Made by a program: the position numbers and the translations under genes. Below are positions 53,501 through 64,000 of a stretch of DNA of 64,000 nt, piece after piece (the stretch's first letter is position 1; each line of letters begins with the position of its first letter). Source of the DNA: Eledone cirrhosa (taxonomy: Eukaryota); NCBI GenBank assembly GCA_964016885.1, contig CAXHJY010001487.1, positions 1-64,000 of the forward strand, given 5' to 3'. A model generated the notes under the pieces. The model did not search any database. It worked only from the letters and a program-made list of their open reading frames with translations, and was not told where the DNA came from.

Positions 53501-56500
53501 TTGTGATTCGTTTCTTCGAAGCACACCATTCGCTGGTGGACTTCAGCTTCCTCATTTAGCATGGGCAGCTTTTCTTGAACATCACACCACACACAGCCAA
53601 TGAGTGTCTGCACATATACCAGTAATTACAGATCGATCCGACCACGGGCGGCCGGCCCACGATCGAAAAGGTAACTCCGCCGGCAAATTCGCATTTTTGT
53701 GATTCGTTTCTTCGAAGCACACCATTCGCTGGTAGACTTCAGCTTCCGCATTTAGCATGGGCAGCGTTTCTTGAAAATCACACCACACACAGTCAATGAG
53801 TGTCTGCACATATACCAGTAATTACAGATCGATCCGACCACAGGCGGCCGGCCCACGATCGAAAAGGTAACTCCGCCGGCAAATTCGCATTTTTGTGATT
53901 CGTTTCTTCGAAGCACACCATTCGCTGGTGGACTTCAGCTTCCGCATTTAGCATGGGCAACGTTTCGTGAAAATCACACCACACAGAGCAAATGTGTGTC
54001 TGCACATGGACCAGTAATTACAGATCGATTCGACCACAGGCGGCCGGCCCACGATCGAAAAGGTAACTCCGCCGGCAAATTCGCATTTTTGTGATTCGTT
54101 TCTTCGAAGCACACCATTCGCTGGTGGACTTCAGCTTCCGCATTTAGCATGGGCAGCTTTTCTTGAAAATCACACCACACACAGCAAATGTGTGTCTGCA
54201 CATGTACCAGTAATTACAAATCGATCCGACCACGGGCGGCCGGCCAGGATCGAAAATGTAACTCCGCCGGCAAATTCGCATTTTTGTGATTCGTTTCTTC
54301 GAAGCACACCATTCGCTGGTGGACTTCAGCTTCCTCATCTAGCATGGGCAGCTTTTCTTGAAAATCACACCACACACAGCCAATGAGTGTCTGCACATAT
54401 ACCAGTAATTACAGATCGATCCGACCACAGGCGGCCGGCCCACGATCGAAAAGGTAACTCCGCTGGCAAATTCGCATTTTTGTGATTCGTTTCTTCGAAG
54501 CACACCATTCGTGGGTAGACTTCAGCTTCCGCATTTAGCATGGGCAGCTTTTCTTGAAAATCACACCACACACAGCAAATGTGTGTCTGCACATGGACCA
54601 GTAATTACAGATCGATCCGACCATAGGCGGCCGGCCCACGATCGAAAAGGTAACTCCGCCGGCAAATTCGCATTTTTGTGATTCGTTTCTTCGAAGCACA
54701 CCATTCGCTGCTGGACTTCAGCTTCCGCATTTAGCATGGGCAGCTTTTCTTGAAAATCACACCACACACAGCTAATGAGTGTCTGCACCTATACCAGTTA
54801 TTACAGATCGATCCGACCACGGGCAGCCGGCCCACGATCGAAAAGGTAACTCCGCCGGCAAATTCGCATTTTTGTGATTCGTTTCTTCGAAGCACACCAT
54901 TCGCTGGTGGACTTCAGCTTCCGCATTTAGCATGGGCAACGTTTCGTGAAAATCACACCACACAGAGCAAATGTGTGTCTGCACATGGACCAGTAATTAC
55001 AGATCGATTCGACCACAGGCGGCCGGCCCACGATCGAAAAGGTAACTCCGCCGGCAAATTCGCATTTTTGTGATTCGTTTCTTCGAAGCACACCATTCGC
55101 TGGTGGACTTCAGCTTCCGCATTTAGCATGGGCAACTTTTCTTGAAAATCACACCACACACAGGCAATGAGTGTCTGCACATGTACCAGTAATTGCAAAT
55201 CGATCCGACCACGGGCGGCCGGCCAGGATCGAAAATGTAACTCCGCCGGCAAATTCGCATTTTTGTGATTCGTTTCTTCGAAGCACACCATTCGCTGGTG
55301 GACTTCAGCTTCCTCATTTAGCATGGGCAGCTTTTCTTGAAAATCACACCACACACAGCCAATGAGTGTCTGCACATATACCAGTAATTACAGATCGATC
55401 CGACCACGGGCGGCCGGCCCACGATCGAAAAGGTAACTCCGCCGGCAAATTCGCATTTTTGTGATTCGTTTCTTCGAAGCACACCATTCGCTGGTGGACT
55501 TCAGCTTCCGCATTTAGCATGGGCAACTTTTCTTGAAAATCACACCACACACAGGCAATGAGTGTCTGCACATGTACCAGTAATTACAAATCGATCCGAC
55601 CACGGGCGGCCGGCCAGGATCGAAAATGTAACTCCGCCGGCAAATTCGCATTTTTGTGATTCGTTTCTTCGAAGCACACCATTCGCTGGTGGACTTCAGC
55701 TTCCTCATTTAGCATGGGCAGCTTTTCTTGAAAATCACACCACACACAGCCAATGAGTGTCTGCACATATACCAGTAATTACAGATCGATCCGACCACAG
55801 GCGGCCGGCCCACGATCGAAAAGGTAACTCCGCCGGCAAATTCGCATTTTTGTGATTCGTTTCTTCGAAGCACACCATTCGTGGGTAGACTTCAGCTTCC
55901 GCATTTAGCATGGGCAGCTTTTCTTGAAAATCACACCACACACAGCAAATGTGTGTCTGCACATGGACCAGTAATTACAGATCGATCCGACCATAGGCGG
56001 CCGGCCCACGATCGAAAAGGTAACTCCGCCAGCAAATTCGCATTTTTGTGATTCGTTTCTTCGAAGCACACCATTCGCTGGTGGACTTCAGCTTCCGCAT
56101 TTAGCATGGGCAACGTTTCGTGAAAATCACACCACACAGAGCAAATGTGTGTCTGCACATGGACCAGTAATTACAGATCGATCCGACCACAGGCGGCCGG
56201 CCCACGATCGAAAAGGTAACTCCGCCGGTAAATAGTCATTTTTGTGATTCGTTTTCTTCGAAGCACACCATTCGCCGCCGGACTTCAGCTTCCTCATTTA
56301 GCATGGGTAGTTTTTCTTGAAAATCACACCACACACCGGCAATGAGTGTCTGCACATGCACCAGTAATAACAAATCGATCCGACCACGGGCGGCCGGCCA
56401 CGATCGAAAAGGTAACTGCGCCGGCAAATTCGCATTTTTGTGATTCGTTTCTTCGAAGCACACCATTCGCTGGTGGACTTCAGCTTCCTCATTTAGCATG

Positions 56501-57174
56501 GGCAGCTTTTTTTGAAAATCACACCACACACAGTCAATGAGTGTCTGCACATATACCAGTAATTACAGATCGATCCGACCACAGGCGGCCGGCCCACGAT
56601 CGAAAAGGTAACTCCGCCGGCAAATTCGCATTTTTGTGATTCGTTTCTTCGAAGCACACCATTCGCTGGTGGACTTCAGCTTCCGCATTTAGCATGGGCA
56701 GCTTTTCTTGAAAATCACACCACACACAGCAAATGTGTGTCTGCACATGGACCAGTAATTACAGATCGATCCGACCATAGGCGGCCGGCCCACGATCCAA
56801 AAGGTAACTCCGCCGGCAAATTCGCATTTTTGTGATTCGTTTCTTCGAAGCACACCATTCGCTGGTGGACTTCAGCTTCCGCATTTAGCTTGGGCAACTT
56901 TTCTTGAAAATCACACCACACACAGGCAATGAGTGTCTGCACATGTACCAGTAATTACAAATCGATCCGACCACGGGCGGCCGGCCACGATCGAAAAGGT
57001 AACTCCGCCGGCAAATTCGCATTTTTGTGATTCGTTTCTTCGAAGCACACCATTCGCTGGTGGACTTCAGCTTCCTCATTTAGCATGGGCAGCTTTTCTT
57101 GAACATCACACCACACACAGCCAATGAGTGTCTGCACATATACCAGTAATTACAGATCGATCCGACCACGGGCG

Positions 57175-60100
57175 GCCGGCCCACGATCGAAAAGGTAACT
57201 CCGCCGGCAAATTCGCATTTTTGTGATTCGTTTCTTCGAAGCACACCATTCGCTGGTAGACTTCAGCTTCCGCATTTAGCATGGGCAGCGTTTTTTGAAA
57301 ATCACACCACACACAGTCAATGAGTGTCTGCACATATACCAGTAATTATAGATCGATCCGACCAGAGGCGGCCGGCCCACGATCGAAAAGGTAACTCCGC
57401 TGGCAAATTCGCATTTTTGTGATTCGTTTCTTCGAAGCACACCATTCGCTGGTGGACTTCAGCTTCCGCATTTAGCATGGGCAGCTTTTCTTGAAAATCA
57501 CACCACACACAGCAAATGTGTGTCTGCACATGGACCAGTAATTACAGATCGATCCGACCATAGGCGGCCGGCCCACGATCGAAAAGGTAACTCCGCCGGC
57601 AAATTCGCATTTTTGTGATTCGTTTCTTCGAAGCACACCATTCGCTGGTGGACTTCAGCTTCCGCATTTAGCATGGGCAGCTTTTCTTGAAAATCACACC
57701 ACACACAGCTAATGAGTGTCTGCACCTATACCAGTTATTACAGATCGATCCGACCACGGGCAGCCGGCCCACGATCGAAAAGGTAACTCCGCCGGCAAAT
57801 TCGCATTTTTGTGATTCGTTTCTTCGAAGCACACCATTCGCTGGTGGACTTCAGCTTCCGCATTTAGCATGGGCAACGTTTCGTGAAAATCACACCACAC
57901 AGAGCAAATGTGTGTCTGCACATGGACCAGTAATTACAGATCGATCCGACCACAGACGGCCGGCCCACGATCGAAAAGGTAACTCCGCCGGCAAATTCGC
58001 ATTTTTGTGATTCGTTTCTTCGAAGCACACCATTCGCTGGTGGACTTCAGCTTCCGCATTTAGCATGGGCAACTTTTCTTGAAAATCACACCACACACAG
58101 GCAATGAGTGTCTGCACATGTACCAGTAATTACAAATCGATCCGACCACGGGCGGCCGGCCAGGATCGAAAATGTAACTCCGCCGGCAAATTCGCATTTT
58201 TGTGATTCGTTTCTTCGAAGCACACCATTCGCTGGTGGACTTCAGCTTCCGCATTTAGCATGGGCAGCTTTTCTTGAACATCACACCACACACAGCCAAT
58301 GAGTGTCTGCACATATACCAGTAATTACAGATCGATCCGACCACGGGCGGCCGGCCCACGATCGAAAAGGTAACTCCGCCGGCAAATTCGCATTTTTGTG
58401 ATTCGTTTCTTCGAAGCACACCATTCGCTGGTGGACTTCAGCTTCCTCATTTAGCATGGGCAGCTCTTCTTGAAAATCACACCACACACAGCCAATGAGT
58501 GTCTGCACATATACCAGTAATTACAGATCGATCCGACCACAGGCGGCCGGCCCACGATCGAAAAGGTAACTCCGCCGGCAAATTCGCATTTTTGTGATTC
58601 GTTTCTTCGAAGCACACCATTCGTGGGTAGACTTCAGCTTCCGCATTTAGCATGGGCAGCTTTTCTTGTAAATCACACCACACACAGCAAATATGTGTCT
58701 GCACATGGACCAGTAATTACAGATCGATCCGACCATAGGCGGCCGGCCCACGATCGAAAAGGTAACTCCGCCAGCAAATTCGCATTTTTGTGATTCGTTT
58801 CTTCGAAGCACACCATTCGCTGGTGGACTTCAGCTTCCGCATTTAGCATGGGCAACGTTTCGTGAAAATCACACCACACAGAGCAAATGTGTGTCTGCAC
58901 ATGGACCAGTAATTACAGATCGATCCGACCACAGGCGGCCGGCCCACGATCGAAAAGGTAACTCCGCCGGTAAATAGTCATTTTTGTGATTCGTTTTCTT
59001 CGAAGCACACCATTCGCCGCCGGACTTCAGCTTCCTCATTTAGCATGGGCAGCTTTTTTTGAAAATCACACCACACACAGTCAATGAGTGTCTGCACATA
59101 TACCAGTAATTACAGATCGATCCGACCACAGGCGGCCGGCCCACGATCGAAAAGGTAACTCCGCCGGCAAATTCGCATTTTTGTGATTCGTTTCTTCGAA
59201 GCACACCATTCGCTGGTAGACTTCAGCTTCCGCATTTAGCATGGGCAGCGTTTTTTGAAAATCACACCACACACAGTCAATGAGTGTCTGCACATATACC
59301 AGTAATTACAGATCGATCCGACCAGAGGCGGCCGGCCCACGATCGAAAAGGTAACTCCGCTGGCAAATTCGCATTTTTGTGATTCGTTTCTTCGAAGCAC
59401 ACCATTCGCTGGTGGACTTCAGCTTCCGCATTTAGCATGGGCAGCTTTTCTTGAAAATCACACCACACACAGCAAATGTGTGTCTGCACATGGACCAGTA
59501 ATTACAGATCGATCCGACCATAGGCGGCCGGCCCACGATCGAAAAGGAAACTCCGCCGGCAAATTCGCATTTTTGTGATTCGTTTCTTCGAAGCACACCA
59601 TTCGCTGGTGGACTTCAGCTTCCGCATTTAGCATGGGCAGCTTTTCTTGAAAATCACACCACACACAGCTAATGAGTGTCTGCACCTATACCAGTTATTA
59701 CAGATCGATCCGACCACGGGCAGCCGGCCCACGATCGAAAAGGTAACTCCGCCGGCAAATTCGCATTTTTGTGATTCGTTTCTTCGAAGCACACCATTCG
59801 CTGGTGGACTTCAGCTTCCGCATTTAGCATGGGCAACGTTTCGTGAAAATCACACCACACAGAGCAAATGTGTGTCTGCACATGGACCAGTAATTACAGA
59901 TCGATCCGACCACAGACGGCCGGCCCACGATCGAAAAGGTAACTCCGCCGGCAAATTCGCATTTTTGTGATTCGTTTCTTCGAAGCACACCATTCGCTGG
60001 TGGACTTCAGCTTCCGCATTTAGCATGGGCAACTTTTCTTGAAAATCACACCACACACAGGCAATGAGTGTCTGCACATGTACCAGTAATTACAAATCGA

Positions 60101-63100
60101 TCCGACCACGGGCGGCCGGCCAGGATCGAAAATGTAACTCCGCCGGCAAATTCGCATTTTTGTGATTCGTTTCTTCGAAGCACACCATTCGCTGGTGGAC
60201 TTCAGCTTCCGCATTTAGCATGGGCAGCTTTTCTTGAACATCACACCACACACAGCCAATGAGTGTCTGCACATATACCAGTAATTACAGATCGATCCGA
60301 CCACGGGCGGCCGGCCCACGATCGAAAAGGTAACTCCGCCGGCAAATTCGCATTTTTGTGATTCGTTTCTTCGAAGCACACCATTCGCTGGTGGACTTCA
60401 GCTTCCTCATTTAGCATGGGCAGCTCTTCTTGAAAATCACACCACACACAGCCAATGAGTGTCTGCACATATACCAGTAATTACAGATCGATCCGACCAC
60501 AGGCGGCCGGCCCACGATCGAAAAGGTAACTCCGCCGGCAAATTCGCATTTTTGTGATTCGTTTCTTCGAAGCACACCATTCGTGGGTAGACTTCAGCTT
60601 CCGCATTTAGCATGGGCAGCTTTTCTTGTAAATCACACCACACACAGCAAATATGTGTCTGCACATGGACCAGTAATTACAGATCGATCCGACCATAGGC
60701 GGCCGGCCCACGATCGAAAAGGTAACTCCGCCAGCAAATTCGCATTTTTGTGATTCGTTTCTTCGAAGCACACCATTCGCTGGTGGACTTCAGCTTCCGC
60801 ATTTAGCATGGGCAACGTTTCGTGAAAATCACACCACACAGAGCAAATGTGTGTCTGCACATGGACCAGTAATTACAGATCGATCCGACCACAGGCGGCC
60901 GGCCCACGATCGAAAAGGTAACTCCGCCGGTAAATAGTCATTTTTGTGATTCGTTTTCTTCGAAGCACACCATTCGCCGCCGGACTTCAGCTTCCTCATT
61001 TAGCATGGGCAGCTTTTTTTGAAAATCACACCACACACAGTCAATGAGTGTCTGCACATATACCAGTAATTACAGATCGATCCGACCACAGGCGGCCGGC
61101 CCACGATCGAAAAGGTAACTCCGCCGGCAAATTCGCATTTTTGTGATTCGTTTCTTCGAAGCACACCATTCGCTGGTAGACTTCAGCTTCCGCATTTAGC
61201 ATGGGCAGCGTTTTTTGAAAATCACACCACACACAGTCAATGAGTGTCTGCACATATACCAGTAATTACAGATCGATCCGACCAGAGGCGGCCGGCCCAC
61301 GATCGAAAAGGTAACTCCGCTGGCAAATTCGCATTTTTGTGATTCGTTTCTTCGAAGCACACCATTCGCTGGTGGACTTCAGCTTCCGCATTTAGCATGG
61401 GCAGCTTTTCTTGAAAATCACACCACACACAGCAAATGTGTGTCTGCACATGGACCAGTAATTACAGATCGATCCGACCATAGGCGGCCGGCCCACGATC
61501 GAAAAGGTAACTCCGCCGGCAAATTCGCATTTTTGTGATTCGTTTCTTCGAAGCACACCATTCGCTGGTGGACTTCAGCTTCCGCATTTAGCATGGGCAG
61601 CTTTTCTTGAAAATCACACCACACACAGCTAATGAGTGTCTGCACCTATACCAGTTATTACAGATCGATCCGACCACGGGCAGCCGGCCCACGATCGAAA
61701 AGGTAACTCCGCCGGCAAATTCGCATTTTTGTGATTCGTTTCTTCGAAGCACACCATTCGCTGGTGGACTTCAGCTTCCGCATTTAGCATGGGCAACGTT
61801 TCGTGAAAATCACACCACACAGAGCAAATGTGTGTCTGCACATGGACCAGTAATTACAGATCGATCCGACCACAGACGGCCGGCCCACGATCGAAAAGGT
61901 AACTCCGCCGGCAAATTCGCATTTTTGTGATTCGTTTCTTCGAAGCACACCATTCGCTGGTGGACTTCAGCTTCCGCATTTAGCATGGGCAACTTTTCTT
62001 GAAAATCACACCACACACAGGCAATGAGTGTCTGCACATGTACCAGTAATTACAAATCGATCCGACCACGGGCGGCCGGCCAGGATCGAAAATGTAACTC
62101 CGCCGGCAAATTCGCATTTTTGTGATTCGTTTCTTCGAAGCACACCATTCGCTGGTGGACTTCAGCTTCCGCATTTAGCATGGGCAGCTTTTCTTGAACA
62201 TCACACCACACACAGCCAATGAGTGTCTGCACATATACCAGTAATTACAGATCGATCCGACCACGGGCGGCCGGCCCACGATCGAAAAGGTAACTCCGCC
62301 GGCAAATTCGCATTTTTGTGATTCGTTTCTTCGAAGCACACCATTCGCTGGTGGACTTCAGCTTCCTCATTTAGCATGGGCAGCTCTTCTTGAAAATCAC
62401 ACCACACACAGCCAATGAGTGTCTGCACATATACCAGTAATTACAGATCGATCCGACCACAGGCGGCCGGCCCACGATCGAAAAGGTAACTCCGCCGGCA
62501 AATTCGCATTTTTGTGATTCGTTTCTTCGAAGCACACCATTCGTGGGTAGACTTCAGCTTCCGCATTTAGCATGGGCAGCTTTTCTTGTAAATCACACCA
62601 CACACAGCAAATATGTGTCTGCACATGGACCAGTAATTACAGATCGATCCGACCATAGGCGGCCGGCCCACGATCGAAAAGGTAACTCCGCCAGCAAATT
62701 CGCATTTTTGTGATTCGTTTCTTCGAAGCACACCATTCGCTGGTGGACTTCAGCTTCCGCAGTTAGCATGGGCAACGTTTCGTGAAAATCACACCACACA
62801 GAGCAAATGTGTGTCTGCACATGGACCAGTAATTACAGATCGATCCGACCACAGGCGGCCGGCCCACGATCGAAAAGGTAACTCCGCCGGTAAATAGTCA
62901 TTTTTGTGATTCGTTTTCTTCGAAGCACACCATTCGCCGCCGGACTTCAGCTTCCTCATTTAGCATGGGCAGCTTTTTTTGAAAATCACACCACACACAG
63001 TCAATGAGTGTCTGCACATATACCAGTAATTACAGATCGATCCGACCACAGGCGGCCGGCCCACGATCGAAAAGGTAACTCCGCCGGCAAATTCGCATTT

Positions 63101-64000
63101 TTGTGATTCGTTTCTTCGAAGCACACCATTCGCTGGTAGACTTCAGCTTCCGCATTTAGCATGGGCAGCGTTTTTTGAAAATCACACCACACACAGTCAA
63201 TGAGTGTCTGCACATATACCAGTAATTACAGATCGATCCGACCAGAGGCGGCCGGCCCACGATCGAAAAGGTAACTCCGCTGGCAAATTCGCATTTTTGT
63301 GATTCGTTTCTTCGAAGCACACCATTCGCTGGTGGACTTCAGCTTCCGCATTTAGCATGGGCAGCTTTTCTTGAAAATCACACCACACACAGCAAATGTG
63401 TGTCTGCACATGTACCAGTAATTACAGATCGATCCGACCATAGGCGGCCGGCCCACGATCGAAAAGGAAACTCCGCCGGCAAATTCGCATTTTTGTGATT
63501 CGTTTCTTCGAAGCACACCATTCGCTGGTGGACTTCAGCTTCCGCATTTAGCATGGGCAGCTTTTCTTGAAAATCACACCACACACAGCTAATGAGTGTC
63601 TGCACCTATACCAGTTATTACAGATCGATCCGACCACGGGCAGCCGGCCCACGATCGAAAAGGTAACTCCGCCGGCAAATTCGCATTTTTGTGATTCGTT
63701 TCTTCGAAGCACACCATTCGCTGGTGGACTTCAGCTTCCGCATTTAGCATGGGCAACGTTTCGTGAAAATCACACCACACAGAGCAAATGTGTGTCTGCA
63801 CATGGACCAGTAATTACAGATCGATCCGACCACAGACGGCCGGCCCACGATCGAAAAGGTAACTCCGCCGGCAAATTCGCATTTTTGTGATTCGTTTCTT
63901 CGAAGCACACCATTCGCTGGTGGACTTCAGCTTCCGCATTTAGCATGGGCAACTTTTCTTGAAAATCACACCACACACAGGCAATGAGTGTCTGCACATG
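57175..64000. repeat. Highly homogeneous 10-monomer HOR (1960-bp period), about 3.5 copies, continuing past the window end
   Basis: MKITPH marker ORFs are at 57687, 59647, 61607 and 63567. Private variants cagctcttct, ttcttgtaaat and gcaaatatgtg repeat every 1960 bp. The 197-bp monomer is at ~58971, 60931 and 62891. Confidence 0.93.

Larger units (their letters stand above)
1..64000. repeat. Tandem satellite DNA array, 196-bp monomer, about 326 copies, all head-to-tail; extends beyond both window edges
   Basis: The same unit recurs every 195-197 bp from base 1 to 64000. Equivalent ORF-track positions run 308, 504, 700, 895, 1091 ... 63997, i.e. 325 units in 63689 bp (mean about 195.97 bp). 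No non-repeat sequence was seen. Confidence 0.99.

Noticed and set aside
57870-63780. 5-monomer sub-period within the 10-mer (caacgtttcgtg recurs at ~979/981 bp)
   Set aside because: Only this one marker fits; the other monomer types do not repeat at five-unit spacing.
81-63997. Hundreds of 60-140 aa ORFs (MQTLIxCVWCDFQEKLPM..., MKITPH..., MRKLKS..., MSAH...), including a CxxC-like motif
   Set aside because: They are one chance frame of the monomer repeated. 196 is not a multiple of 3, successive ORFs overlap, 1-bp indels and stops are common, and there is no recognisable domain or intergenic sequence. The longer 104-140 aa ORFs arise only from single stop-loss variants.
1-64000. CRISPR array or repeat-spacer/variable-cassette system
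   Set aside because: There are no unique spacers. The variable segment differs by only a few substitutions drawn from recurring haplotypes, and no cas, recombinase or reverse transcriptase gene is present.

Overview
The whole 64 kb window is one uninterrupted, head-to-tail satellite DNA array of about 326 monomers with a 196-bp unit and 195- and 197-bp length classes. The consensus occurs verbatim at 28701-28896 and by hand count is 50% GC with 14 CpG. I saw no unique sequence, inversion, transposon, RNA gene or credible protein-coding gene. All ORFs in the track are by-products of the repeat unit, and the array runs off both window ends. The information lies in the pattern of variants. A small alphabet of linked monomer haplotypes is arranged into higher-order repeats (HORs) whose period changes along the array: 22/23/19-mer, 7-mer, 18-mer, a 15-mer partly re-copied in a 31-mer, a 6-mer nested in a 17-mer, a 9-mer, and a terminal 10-mer with a hidden 20-mer. 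The variant repertoire switches at about 39-42 kb. This organisation is typical of eukaryotic (peri)centromeric or heterochromatic satellite. I do not recognise the family or species, and I cannot support a novel gene system here. All coordinates and counts were read by eye and should be confirmed computationally.
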